Assembly (NCBI RefSeq): GCF_009914755.1
Contig: NC_060940.1
Reading direction: 5' to 3' (one strand)
Length of the DNA stretch: 64,000 bases
Origin: the human T2T-CHM13v2.0 reference genome, Homo sapiens
Within the stretch, counting starts at the first letter, position 1. Every line of letters begins with the position of its first letter. Positions 41,685-60,484 of the stretch are shown in pieces. Both the position numbers and the translations under genes were made by a program. Below the pieces are notes generated by a model, which was not told where the DNA came from, did no database searches, and saw nothing but the letters and a program-made list of their open reading frames with translations.

Positions 41685-42080
41685 AACAGGTAATATCTAT
41701 CGAATGCTTACTGTGTGCCAAGCACTGTTCCAATTGCTTTCCAAGTCAAACTCGTTTAATCCTTACAAGAAGCCTATATGGTGGAATCTCTTGTCATCCT
41801 GTCTTTACGGCAAGGAAACACGCGCAAGCAGAATGAGGAACTGGCCTAAAGCCAGTTCAGGAACAGCTTTCACAGTGGCAGGGCTGGGATCAAACCCAGG
41901 AAGTGTGGTTCGAAACTATCCGCTCTTGTGTTTTTATTCATCGGCTTATTATCTGTCCCCCATTAAGCTCAACACTTCAGGAGGGTAGAGATCCATCTAT
42001 TACTTTGCAACCTCTTTGGCTGATCTGGTGCCTGACTTGAAATAAGTGCTCCACAACTACTTGTTGAATTCATGAATTGC
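41685..42080. mobile_element. MIR (-, about 41685-41920) and L2 3' end (+, about 41945-42080)
   Basis: GCTTACTGTGTGCCAAGCACTGTTC...TTTAATCCTTACAA; TAAGTGCTCC...TTGTTGAATTCATGAAT. Confidence 0.65.
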
Positions 42081-42828
42081 AAAGAGTTCGGTATAATGGG
42101 AGTAGAGAGAAAGGTGTAGGAGAAAACGCTGCGGGGAGAGGAAAGGATTGGCTCACAAGGGCCTGGAAGGTCAGGCTAGGCAAAGTGAATTTTATCCTGT
42201 TGGATGCGGGGAGCGGCTGGAACAAATTCCACCTCCACAACTGTGTTGATCTCCGCATCTCTGTTGATATGAACCTCACAACAGTCTATCTCCTCCTATA
42301 GGTGCCCAGTCAAGATTTACTGAATGACATAACGGATCCTGCAAGCCTGCAGGTTTCCAGAGGGAAGGGGACTTGTGCCTCCTTGCTTCGTACCTACCGC
42401 AGCCCACGGCTCACAGCAGGCGAGGGATGAATGAATGGATCGGTAAGGGGCGGACCCTCCCGCTTCCCCCAACCCGGCGACCTACGGAAAGGGGCTGAGG
42501 GGTTCCCCGTCTGGGAAAAGGGCTGCCAAAGACTCTAACGGCTCTAAAGTCAGACGGAGAACCCCGATCCCCGGACTGGCCCGGACGGAGACCACCGTGG
42601 GGATCCGGATCCGCCACCCTCCTCCCTCCAGGCGGGCCCCGGCCCCTCTCCACCCGAGTGCGGCTCCTGCCTCTCCGTCGGGGCTGCGGGCCTGCCGAGG
42701 CCACGGAGCCAGCGAGGGAGACGGGCGAGAAAGGCTCTTCTCCCTTAGGAAAGAGAGAACGGCCCGAAATGACAGGACCTCCGCCTCCCGGGTGCCGACT
42801 CCCAGCCCCACAGCCCGGCTCCTCCTAC

Positions 42829-42875
42829 CTCCGGCGCCGCCGCGGCACCTTCTTAACGGAGACTCGCGCGCCTGC
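42829..42875 (-). other. SLX4: SLX4 non-coding exon 1 (5' end approximate)
   Basis: Donor GGAG|GTAGGA with GT at 42828-42827 inside the CpG island; TSS estimated. Confidence 0.65.
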
Positions 42876-43029
42876 GCATGCGCCGCCCGCGCCCCCGCGG
42901 AGCATTGCCTGCGCGCAGGCGCAGAGCGGGCGCGCGCGGTGGTGCGGCAGCCTCGCTTCCGGTCTTCCTCTGCGGCGCCGGGCGCGGGCCCGCGGCGGCC
43001 AGCGCTTCCGGTCGGCAGGAGGCGGGGCG

Positions 43030-43275
43030 AGGCGGAAGCGGCGCTTGCTTCAGGTGGAGTCTGTTAGTTTTTGAGAAAGAGTTAGGGCGAGTTTAAGGCA
43101 CTGTGGCAGCTGTGAGATAAAGTCTGGTTCCTCCCCAGCTGGCTCAGGAAATGTTCGCGGATACAACGGCGGCCCCCTCTGGGCATACCTGCCTGTGGAG
43201 CGGAGAGTGGACGGTGTGAGGGGGACCGGGAGAGGCACCAAATCTGGCCTGGGGGCCCGAGAAGCTTCCTCTCAG
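43030..43275 (+). other. DNASE1: Divergent non-coding first exon, probably the distal 5' exon of long DNASE1 transcripts
   Basis: Donor CTCAG|GTGGGG at 43275/43276 on the far side of the CpG island. The gene name comes from recall of 16p13.3 gene order; no DNASE1 coding sequence is in the window. Confidence 0.5.
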
Positions 43276-43516
43276 GTGGGGTGGCGTGAGAGTCGAGGCC
43301 TGGAGGTCGGGGAGGGTTAGCTACGTGAAGAGGGGATTCTGCCGCGCTTCAGGTGCCTGGAGGGGATGCCCGAGCTCTTCCGCAGGGCTAGGGTGAAGCC
43401 AGCCAGGGCCTGGGGGAAAGGTAGCAGAGGTTTGCCATGGCTTGGTATTTGAGGGACTTTACACATCGTATTAAGGGTTTGAGCTTCAACTTGGGGTCGT
43501 CGGGAGCCATTGAAGG

Positions 43517-46050
<2,534 letters not shown>

Positions 46051-47591
46051 AGAAAATTTTTTTAAACATCTAATAAACATGGACATGGCTGGGTTATGAA
46101 GGATAATTGTAATGGTAGAAATTACTGTTTTCCAGTCAGACTGAAAATGAAGTGCCTGTTTCCTATTTAGGATTTAAATCTCTTAGAGTCCTGGTGAAGA
46201 AAGTCTTTGCTACCTCTCTCCCCCAACCCCAAATCTGGCTATATTATTTATTTACATAAAATAAATTAGTTGAAGTGTGGTTTAGAAAAGAGAGTTTTCT
46301 TAAACCTGAGATTCTCAACTGAATCACCTGTGGAATTTTTTTTTTTTAATTGGAAAGGCTGGGACACTACTCTTAGGCCTACTGAATAAATCTTTCAACC
46401 TGTGTCTTTTGAAAGTTTCACAGATGATTCTGATGGTCTCAAGATTGAGAAGCACTGCATTTAACCAGCACCAACTGAACAAACACTGTAGGCTAAGTAT
46501 AAGAGAGATGGCAAGAGCTGGGTCAGGGTGGTGCATGGGATTTCCAATTATACATAATTCCTCCCTTCAATGAACAAAGCCATCCATAACTGGGGCACCT
46601 GCTTCTTTGGGCTAAAGGTGAACAATGGCAGCCACCTTGTCCTGGACCCTATTGTGACTGTTACTCCAGCAGAAGCCCTGGGGTTCATGCTGTTAGTTAG
46701 AAGTCACCCAGTATGACTAAGTTGAGGGGCAGTGTTCAGAAACAGTGTTACTAGATGGATGTTATTTCAGTAGGAACAGTATTGTGTGTTCCCTGTCAGC
46801 ATTTGAGGCGGAAACCCACTGCACTGTCAGAACAACCAGGGAGATGAAAGAAGATGTCAGATACTAAAAGGTGCAGACAGTCCTTGTGTTTGGTAAACCT
46901 TACAGGGTTTATCTGAAAGAGAAAATGGATGCAGAAGTACATGAAAAAACTGTGTTATTCCAAATAGATGTGCTGTTTTCCCAGTTCATAGGAGTCGGTA
47001 ATTTTTGGGTTCAGGGCAAAAAGGCAAAGGTTGAAGATGCTGTGATGATCACGTCCTTACCCTCCTGGAATATTTCCTTTTTGAAAGCTTCTGGCATCTT
47101 CCACTGAGTTCATGTTTTAAACAGTTGGGAGGATGAATTGAAGGGCCCTTATCCCAGGTCTGTGGTTTGATTATAAATGGTAAAGCCATAACCTGTCCAC
47201 CTCCCTCTCCTTTATCTTGACAGGGGTTGGGGAGACAGCAGATTGAACAAGGAAAGAATTGTCTCCTGAGTTCTTTGATCATGTTAACTTTTATTTACTG
47301 TTGTATAGTCACATTTTCTAGACTGCTAAAATTGGTGAAATCAGGACAGGAAATAACTGTTTTTACGTGTATAAGTATACAAAAGTTATTCGAGATGAGT
47401 TACACTGCATTTCTTTCAGTGTGCTGCCTGCCACTGCTGCCTTTGTGTGATTTTGCTCTATATGTTCTGCTAGACAAATTTAAGGGAGGTTTCAGACAGC
47501 AAAACTCCCCCCAAAGCATCTACCAGCATAATCCCTATCAAAATCCCAACAACGTTTTAATTTTTTTGCAGAAGTGGAAAAACCGATGTTA

Positions 47592-47922
<331 letters not shown>

Positions 47923-48434
47923 TCATATGTAATTGCAAGGGGCTCTTAATACCCAAAACCCAAATAGCCACTTTGTTCTTTTTCAAGAACGTACTTCCTT
48001 ATATCAAAACTTATTACAAGCTATAGTAATCAAGACTGTGTGGTACTGTACCAGCATAAGGATAGACATATGGGTCAGTGGAAGAGAATTGAGAGTCTAG
48101 AAATAAACCCTTATATTTATGAGCAATTGATTTTGTCCGGGATGCCAAGACTAGTCAATGGTGAAAGAGTAGTGTCTTCCACAAATGGAGCTGGGATAAC
48201 AGGATATCACATGCAAAAGAATGAAGTTAGACCCTTACCTCATATCATGTACAAATATTAACTCAGAATGGATCAAAGACCCAATGGAAGAGTGAAAACT
48301 ATAAAACTCTTAGAAGAATACAAGGGTAGGCTGGGCGTGGTGGCTCACCCCTGTAATCCCAGCACTTTTGGCATCACCAGAGGTCAGGAGTTTGAGACCA
48401 GCCTGACCAACGTGGAGAAACCCCGTCTGTACTA

Positions 48435-48593
<159 letters not shown>

Positions 48594-48826
48594 TCAAAAA
48601 AAAAAAAAAAAAAAAAAAAAAAGAATACTACAAGGGTAAATCTTTATGACCTTGGAGTTGGCAGTAGACTCTAGATATGACACTAAAAGCAGAAACAACA
48701 AAAAATAATGAATTGGATTTAATCAAAATTAAAAACTTTTTTGTGTAAAAGTATACTATCAAGAAAATGAGAAGACAACCCACAGAATGGGAGATATTTG
48801 TTAATCATATACCTGATAAGAATCTA

Positions 48827-49256
<430 letters not shown>

Positions 49257-49852
49257 TTCTAGTAGCACAATATAGAAAGAACTTTTACAACTCAATGAAA
49301 AGACAACTCAGAAAATGGGCATGGTAGAACTTGTCCTGTGAAGAAGCCAAGACCAAAAAAAAAAAAAAAAAATGGACATAGGACTTGAATAGACATTCCA
49401 AAGAGTGGCAGGTGCCAACAAGCACATGAAAAGATGATCAGCATCATGAATCGTTAGAGAAGTGCAAATTGAAACTGCAGTGAGATACCACTTCATGGCC
49501 AGTAGGACAGCCATTTCCTAAAAAAAAAAAAAAAAAAGTATTGGTGAGGATGTAAGGAAGTTAGAACTCTGATACATTGCTGGAGGGAATGTAAAATGGT
49601 ACAGCTGCTGTGGGAAACAGTTTGAGGTTCCTGAACAAGTTAAAGATAAAATCATCATATGATTCAGCAATTCCGCTTCTAAGGATATGTCCCAAAAAAT
49701 TGAAAAAGTGTTTAAGGGCCAGGCGCGGTGGCTCACGCCCGTAATCCCAGCACTTTGGGAGGCCAAGGCGGGCGGATTACCTCTGGTCAGGAGTTTGAGA
49801 CCAGCTTGGCCAATATGGTGAAACCCCGTCTCTACTAAAACTATAAAAATTA

Positions 49853-50043
<191 letters not shown>

Positions 50044-50292
50044 CTAAATGCCCTTCAGTGCATGAATGAACAAAATGTAGTATAGAATGGAATACATGTT
50101 ACACTGAACATTTGCTTATTTCCGTTTTGTAATTTTTTTTTAGTGACAAGGTCTCATTTCTGTTGCCCAGGCTCGAGTACAGTGGCACAATCATGACTCA
50201 TGGCAGCCTCAGACTGCCAGGGATCAAGTGATCTTTCTGATCTTCCCAACTTCCTTATCTTCCTGACTCAGCCTACCTGTAGCTAGAGCTAG

Positions 50293-50451
<159 letters not shown>

Positions 50452-50539
50452 TAAAACCACACCTGGCTAATTTTTTGTATTTTTAGTAGAGAAAGGGTTT
50501 TGCCATGTTGCCCAGGCTGATCTCAAACTCCTGCGCTCA

Positions 50540-50635
<96 letters not shown>

Positions 50636-51633
50636 TTATTTTTTTTTGGAGACAGAGTCTCGCTCTGTCGCCCAGGCCGAAGTGCAGTGGTGTGATCTCA
50701 GCTTACTGCAAGCTCTGCCTCCCAGTTGCATGCCATTCTCCTGCCTCAGCCTCCCGAGTAGCTGGGGCTACAGGCTCCCGCCACCACGCCTAGCTCCATT
50801 TTTGTATTTTTAGTAGAGACAGGGTTTCACCGTGTTAGCCAGGATGGTCTCTATCTGCGGACCTTGTGATCTGCCCACCTCGGCCTCCCAAAGTGCTGGG
50901 ATTACAGGCATGAGCCACTGTGCCTGGCCGCCTGTAGGTAATTAAAAAAAAAATTTTTTTTGTAGACACAGGTCTTGCTATGTTGCCCAGGATGATCTCA
51001 AATTCCTGGGCTCAAGTGGTTCTCCTGCCTTGGCCTCCCAAAGTGCTGGGATTATAGGTGTGAGCCACCACGCCTGGCCCTCAGTATTTTTAAAAATTCT
51101 AATTTCCATTTACAGCTCTACTAAATATTTCATCGAGTCAGCAGATTGGTTATAAATATAACGAAAATTCATATGTATGGCTTTTCTTTTTTTTTTTTTT
51201 TTGAGACAGAGTCTTGCTCTGTCACCTAGGCTGGAGTGCAGTGGCATAATCTCGCCTCACTGCAACCCCCGCCTCCGGGGTTCAAGTGATTCTCTTGCCT
51301 CAGCCTCCTGAGTAGCTGGGACTACGGGCATGCGCCATCACGCCTGGCCAATTTTTGTATTTTTAGTAGAGATGAGGTTTCACCATGTTGGCCAGGCTGG
51401 TGTTGAACTCCTGACCTCAAGTGATCCACCCGCATCGGCTTCCCAAAGCGCTGGGATTACAGGCATGAGCCACCTCGCCAGGCCTGTGTATGGCTTTTCT
51501 TTTAAAAAGTTTACATGTCATATTTACCACATTACATTCATTGAGTCACATCATTCATCACATCATTTAGTCACGTGACTGGGTAACAAGCATTTCAGAG
51601 ATCAAAAGGCTTCGTATAATTAGTAAAGAAACC

Positions 51634-51802
51634 TTTTATTTATTTATTTAGAGACAGAGTACTCAGTGTGTCACCCAGGCTGGAGTGCAGCGTGGCCTGA
51701 TCATAGCTCACTGTAACTTCGAGGCTGCAGTGAGCTGTGATCATGCCACTCTACTTTAGCCTGGGTGACAGAGTGAGACCCTGTCTCAAAAAAAAAAAAA
51801 AA
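51634..51802. repeat. Fold-back inverted repeat of two Alu 3' ends with no spacer
   Basis: Left arm 51651-51720 is the reverse complement of right arm 51721-51787 (about 80% identity by eye); T-rich tail on the left, A tail on the right. Confidence 0.9.
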
Positions 51803-52055
51803 GTAATTATACTATGCATATTGCATCATGAGCATTTCTCTAAGTCAGTAGATAGGAAGCCATATTATATTCCATATTTAATCAAACATTCCCCTGTTGA
51901 TAAAGATATATTTATAGTTTTTATCATTATAGATTATGCAATAAATGTCTTTGTACTTATAACCTGTATGTGTGTGTTTTTATTTCTTTTGGAAGGAGTC
52001 CTAAATCTAGGATTTCTAGGCTAAAGGGTATGTGTGTTTTGTTTGGTTTGCCTGA

Positions 52056-52232
<177 letters not shown>

Positions 52233-53194
52233 TAATTTTTGTATTTTTAGTAGAGACGGGGTTTCACCATATTGACCAGGCTGATCTTGAACTCCTGACC
52301 TCGTGATCCACCCGCCTCAGCCTCCCAAAGTGCTGGGATTACAGGTGTGAGCCACTGTGCCCGGCCTATTTTATATTTTTTTTAGAGACAGGGTTTTGCT
52401 GTCATCCATGCTAGAATGCAGTGGCACGAGCATAGACTCGAACTCTTGGGCTCAGACAATCCTCCTGCCTCAGTATCCCGAGTAGCCAAGAGTACAAGCG
52501 TGTGCCACCACACCCAACTGACTTTTAAAAATTTTTGTAGAGATGGGGTCTTGCTATCTTGCCCAGGCTGATCTTAAACTCTTAGCCTCTGGTGATCCTC
52601 CTGCCTCCAAAAGTGCTGGGTTTACAGGTATGAGCCATTGCTCTTGCCTGGTTTACCTGTTTTAGAAAAGAATACCTGTACATTGTTAATTTTTTTTGTC
52701 CAGGAGCTTCAGAAGGGTACAAAAATTCCCTCCTACTTCTGGCCCCCTGACCTCCAAACTCCCTCATCAGAGGCTTCTTGAAATATTCCAGATAATTCTG
52801 TGCACATACAAATATAAATATATATCCCTGCTTTTCCCCAATGTAAATAAACGGTAGCACATTTTACCCATTGTTCTGAACCTCGTTTTTGCAACTTAAT
52901 GAACTGTCTTGGAGATTTTTCCTTATTACATATAAATCTATCATTTTGTTTAGCAGTTGCATTATATGTCATCATTTGGATACATTCATACTTCATTGTA
53001 TCACCTATCAAGGGACATTAGATGGCTTTCATTTCCTTCTACAATGGCTAATGGTGCATTGAACATACTTGTATATACTTTTATGCAGATTTGCACATAT
53101 ATTTGTAGGATATTCCTGTAACATAAGTGGAATTGCTGGGTCAAAGGATATGGGTAAATCAGAGTGTTTTGGGGTGTTACCCAGTTACCTTCTA

Positions 53195-53637
<443 letters not shown>

Positions 53638-53734
53638 TTACATTTCTTTCATTGAGGAAACGAGTATTTTCTTCACGTGATTAAAAGCTACTTGTTTACC
53701 TATGACCTTATGTTTGTGGGCTTTGCATTCTTTT

Positions 53735-53806
53735 AGATTGTGTGATTAATCTTTTTCCTATTGGTTTGTAAGATTATGTGATTAATCTTTTTCCTATTGA
53801 TTTGTA
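53735..53806. repeat. 36-bp tandem duplication (2 copies, 2 mismatches)
   Basis: AGATTGTGTGATTAATCTTTTTCCTATTGGTTTGTA followed by AGATTATGTGATTAATCTTTTTCCTATTGATTTGTA. Confidence 0.95.
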
Positions 53807-56414
53807 AGAACTCTATATTGTGGAAATGGATATAGTGTTACAATGTTACAGATAGTTTTTACCAGTTTTTATCATTTGACTTAAAAAAATTTTTTTTCTT
53901 TTTTGAGGTGGAGTCTCACCATGTTGCCCAGGCTAGACTTGAACTCCTGGGCTCAAGTGATCCCCCTACTTCAGCCTCCCACGTAGCTGGGACTACACCT
54001 ATGTGCTACTGTACCTGGCTTGGCTTTGACTTTTAATAAAATTTTTTCCATGTAGAGCTTTACAGTTTTTTGTAGTAAAATAACTTTTCTTGTATGCACA
54101 TACCTTCTTCCAGTGTTTGACTCACCTTTACGTTCTCTTAATGATGCCTTGTAATGAACAAAGGTTCTTCAAAGCTGGAGGCATCACATTACCTGACTTG
54201 AAATTATACTACAAGGCCTCTTTTGGGAGAGTGAGGGGAAAGGATTTCTTGAGAGCTTGAGACCAGCCTCGGCAACATAGTAAGACTCCATCTCTAATGT
54301 ACCTGCCCCCCACGTCCCCCCAAAAAAATTAGCTGGGCATGGTGGTGCACACCTGTGGTCCTAGCTACTCATGCAGTAACTAAAACAGCATGGTACTTGT
54401 ACATATTTTTGTACCATAGATCAGTGGGACAGAATAGAGAACCCAGAAGTAATGCCACTTGCCTGCAACCAACTGATCTTCAATAAAGTTGACAAATATG
54501 CAGTGGGGGAAGGACACGCTATTCAATAAATAGCGCTGGGAAAATTGGCTAACCATATATAGAAAAATGAAACCGTACCTCTATCTCTCACCGCATACAA
54601 AAATTAACTCAAAGACTTAAACATAAGACCTGAAACTCTAAAGATCTTAGAAGAAACCCTAGGAAAAACTCTTCTGGATATTAGCCTAGGCAAAGAATAT
54701 ATGACTAAGACCTCAAAAGCAAATGCAACAAGAAGAAAAATAGGCAAATGGGACTTAATTAAATGAAAACACTTCTACACAGCAAAAGAAATAACAGAGT
54801 AAATAGACAACCTATAGAATGGGAGAAAATATTTGCAAATTAAGCCTCTGGCAAAGGACTAATACGTAGTATCTCCAAGGATCTCAACAAGAAAAAAAAA
54901 CCCATTAGTAAGTGAGCAAAGGCTGGGCGTGGTGGCTAACACCTGTAATCCCAGGACTTTGGGATGCTGAGGCAGGAGGATCACTTGAGGCCAGGAATTA
55001 GAGAGAAAGTAGGCAAAGGACAAGAACACATACTTCTCAAGTGAAGACATACAAGCGGCAAAGAAACATGAAAAAGTGCTCACATCAGTAATCATCAGAG
55101 AAATGCAAATCAAAACCACAGTGAGATATCATCTTACACTGGTCAGAATGGCTATTATTAAAAAGTCAAAAAACAACAGATGTTGGCATGGATGCACAGA
55201 AAAGGAAATGCTTATATGCTGTTAATGGGACTGTAAATTACTATAACCTCTATATAGAAAACAGTATGGAGGCCAGGTGCGGTGGCTCACTACCTGTAAT
55301 CCCAGCACTTTGGGAGGCTAAGGCAGGCGGATCACTTGAGTGCAAGACCAGCCTGGCCAACATGGTGAAACCCCGTCTCTACTAAAAATACAAAAATCAG
55401 CTGGGCGCGGTAGTGCACGCCTGTAATCCCAGGAAGCTGAGGCAGGAGAATCGCTTGAACCCGGGAGGCAGAGGTTTCAGTGACCTTAGACTGTGCCACT
55501 GCATTCCAGCCTGGGCGACAGAGTGAGACTCTGTCTCAAAAAAAAAAAAAAAAGGTTAGTGGCTTTTGTGTCCTTGGTTAGCAAGGTCTTCTCTACTTTG
55601 AGATTATAAAGTAATTTTCTGCATGTTTTCTTCTAGAGTTTTTATTTTTACATTAAAATTGTTATTGGCCAGCTGCGTAAGGCACCTGGTGGTGCTCTAG
55701 GCACTGGGTTAGCGTCCCTTATGCCGAGCTCTAAACCTTCAGAATGCCCTTGCCGCCCCTGGCTGAGTTCACAGTGGCTGAAGCTGTTCCCATAAGACCC
55801 TGAATCTAGCAGCCACTGTGTACTATACCTGGAGCAGTCCAACTGGGTGGACTGTGCTCAGCATCCGAACATCTAGACAGGCAAAGCCATTCCCAGTGGT
55901 GGCCCAAACCAGCAAACATTGTGTAACAATTTTTTTGCAATCAATTTTTCTTTTCTTGTTTTTTGAGATGGAGTCTTACTTTGTCGTCACCCAGGCTGGA
56001 GTGCAGTAGTGGGAACTTGGGTCACTGCATCCTCTGCCTCCCAGGCTCAAACAGTCCTCCCACCTCAGCCTGTATTCTATTTCTGTAGCTGAGAATATAG
56101 GTTTCTTCCAGCACACCTGGCTAATTTTTTATTTTATTTTTTATTTTTAGTAGAGATAGGGTTTTGCCATGTTGCCCAGGCTCGTCTCGAACTGGGCTCA
56201 AGTGATTTGCTTGCCCCAGCCTCTCACAGTCTGAGATTACAGGTGTGAGCCATCATGCCCAGCCTGCAGTTTTTCTTATTAAAACTTAATGGGGGCCGGG
56301 GGCAGTGGCTCACTCCTGTAATCCCAGCACTTTGGGAGGCCTAGGCGGGCGGATCACCTGAGGTTGGGAGTTCAAGACCAGCCTGGCCAACATGGTGAAA
56401 CCCCGTCTCTACTA

Positions 56415-56771
<357 letters not shown>

Positions 56772-56774
56772 CTA

Positions 56775-56936
<162 letters not shown>

Positions 56937-59900
56937 CTAAAAAAGGCATAGGAGGGAATCTTCATGACTTTGGGGTAGGCAAAAAATTCTTAAACAGGGA
57001 CACAAACCACTAACCATAAAGAAGTGACAAATTATGTGACATTAAAATTAAGAACCTTTATAAGGCACCATTAAGAGGGTGTAAAGGGCTGTGCATGGTG
57101 GCTCATGCCTGTAATCCCAACACTTCAGGAGGCCGAGGCAGAAGGATCGCTTTAGCCCAGGAGTTTGAGATCAGACTGAGCAAAATAGTGGGACCCTGTC
57201 TGAACAAACAATTTAAAAATTAGCCGGGTGTCAGGGCATGCGCCTGTAGTCCCAGCTACTCTGGAAGCTGAGGTGGGAAGATCACTTGAGCCTGAGAAGC
57301 CAAGGCTATAGTGAGCCGTGATTCTGCCACTGTACTCCAGCCTGGGCAGCAGAGCAAGACTCTATCTCAAAAAGGGTGTAAAGATACCACAGACTAGAAG
57401 ATGTGTGTGATGTGCACGGGACTAGTATCATATGCACAATGACAAAGGATTAATATCTAAAGAAATCCTAAAAAAAAAAAAATAGAAAAACAGGCAAGAG
57501 ACTTGAGTGGCCAACAGGTATATGAAGAAGTGTTCAACTTATTTAGTCAAAGAAAATGCAAATTAAACCACAGTGAGTGATCACTAAACTCAGCAGCATG
57601 AACAAAATGAAGATAACTGCTAGACAATAGCTAGTGTGGTAAGGACTTCCTGTTTGAGCCATGGTTATTTAGAAGTATGTTGCTTAATATCAAGTGTTTG
57701 GAGAGTTCCCTCATTTTTCTGTTACTGGTTTCTAGTTTAATTCCATTATGGTCAGAGATCATACTTTATATGATTTCAATTTTTAAAAATTTGTTTTGTG
57801 ACTTTTATGGCTTAGAATATAGTCCATCTTGAGTGCTCCAAGCTTGAACACTTGAAAACACTATATATTTCTCTGTTGTTAGGTGGAGTGTCCTCTAGAT
57901 GTCAGTTAGATCCAGTTGGTTGATGATGGTGTTCAGGTTGCTGATTTTCTGTCTACTGGTTCTATGTATTGAGAAGTGTTGAAGTCTCCAGCTCTGATAG
58001 TGGATTTGTCTGTTCTTCATTTGTCAGTTTTTGTTTCATTTATTTTGAATCTCTTTTGTTAGATGCGTATGCACTTAGGATTATGCTGTCTTGATGAATT
58101 GACCTTTTTTATCATTATGTAATAGCCCTCTTTTATTTATTTTATTTTATGTTTTTTAGAGACAGGGTCTTGCTATGTCACCCAGGCTGGAGCACGGTGA
58201 TGTGATCAAAACTCACTGCAGCTTTGAACTCCTGAGCTCCAGTGATTCTCCTGCCTCCGTCTTCTGAGGAGCTGGGACCACAGGCACATGCCACCATGCT
58301 TATTTAAATTTTTTTTTTTTTTTTGGTAGAGACAGGGTCTCCCTATGTTGCCCATGCTGGTCTGAAACTCCTAGCCTCAAGTGATCCTCCCATGTTGGCC
58401 AAGTGCTGAGACTACAGGCGTGAGCCACTGCACCCAGCCCTCTTTATCACTGGTAATTTTCTTTGCTATGAAGTCTACTTTGCTTGTTTGACATTAATAT
58501 AGCCAGTCCAGCTGTCTTTTGATTAGTGTTTGCATGACATATCCTTTTTTTTTTTTTTTTAGACAGGGTGGTCTTGCTCTGTCACCCTGGCTGGAGTGCA
58601 GTGGCATGATCACGGCTCACTGCAGCATTGAACTCTAGCTCAAGCCATCCTCCCACCTAAGCCTCCCGAGTATGGGACTATGGGTGTGTGCCACCATGGC
58701 TGGGTAATTTTATTTTTTATTTTTTTATAGAGACAAGGCCTCACTATGTTGCTCAGGCCCGTCTGGAACTCCTGGGCTCAAGTGATCCTTCCACCTCAGT
58801 CTCCCAAAGTGTTACATGAGCCAGTGCACCTGGCTTGTCTGTGTTTTCTTTTGTTTCCTATGACTTTGATATGATATCCATGTTCTTTTGCATGTGGATA
58901 TCCAGTTTTCTCAGCAACATTTATTAAAAAGACTATCTTTTCCCCGTTGAATGGTCTTGGCATCCTTGTCAAAATCATTTGACCATATATGCCAGGATTT
59001 ATTTCTGGGCTGTCAACTCTATTCCAATAGTCTGTATGTCTGTCTTCCTGCCAGTACCACATTGTTGTGATTACTGCAGTTTGTTAGTAAGTTTTGAAAT
59101 CAGGAAGTGTGAATCCTGAATCTGTTTTTCTTTTTCAACATGGTGTTGGCTATCTGGGGTCCGTGGAGATTCCATATGAATTTCAGCATGTATTTTCTAT
59201 TTCTGCAAAAAAAAAAAAAAAAAAAAAAAAGTCATTGGGATTTTGCTTCAGTTTACATATGAATCAGTAGCTCACTTTTGGGAGTATTGACATCTTAACA
59301 ATATTAAGATATCTTGTCTTAACAATATCGTCCAACCCATGAAAGTGTGATGTTTTTCCTTACTTATATCTTCATTAATTTCTTTCAGCGATGTTTTGTA
59401 GTTTTCATTGTATGAATCTTTTACCTCCTTGGTTAAAAGTCCTAGGTATTTTATTCTTTTTAATGCTATTGTAAGTGGAATTGTTTTTATAATTTCCTTT
59501 TCAAATTGTTCAGTGTTAGTATATAGAAATGCAAATGATTTTTGTGTGCTGACTTTGTATCCTGCTGCTTTGCTGATTCTGTTATTGTAATTATTTTTTG
59601 TGTGTAATGTTTAGGCCTAGTTTTTTACATATCATATTAAATCTGTGAATTAATTTTACTTTTTTCTTTCCAATTTGGATATATATTTTTTTCTTAATTG
59701 CTATGGCTAGAACTTCCAGTACTAGGTTAAATAGTAGTGGTAAAGGTGAATGTTCTCATCTTAGAAGAAAATTTTTTAGTCATTCACTATTGAGTATGAT
59801 GTTCATTCAATGTGCATTTCTGTTTTTTTCTTTCTTTTTTTTTTGAGATGGAATCTCGCTGTGTCGCCCAGGCTGGAGTGCAGTGGCGCAATCTCGGCTC

Positions 59901-60148
59901 ATTGCAAACCTCCGCCTCCCGGGTTCACGCCATTCTTCTGCCTCAGGCTCCCGAATAGCTGGGACTATAGGCGCCCGCCACCACGCCCGGCTAATTTTTT
60001 TGTATTTTTAGTAGAGACGGGGTTTCACCGTGTTAGCCAGGATGGTCTCGATCTCCTGACCTCGTGATCCGCCCGCCTCAGCTTCCCAAAGTGCTGGGAT
60101 TACAGGCGTGAGCCACCGTGCCTGGCTCTGTTTTTTTTTTTTTCTTTA

Positions 60149-60484
<336 letters not shown>

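Larger units (their letters stand above)
42400..43400. promoter_or_regulatory. CpG island, bidirectional TATA-less promoter
   Basis: Very high GC and CpG density; NRF1 site TGCGCATGCGC 42873-42883; palindrome GCCTGCGCGCAGGC 42907-42920; ETS/GABP CGCTTCCGGTC at 42954-42964 and 43003-43013; GCGGAAGCG 43032-43040; GC box 43019-43028; divergent splice donors on both sides. Confidence 0.9.
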
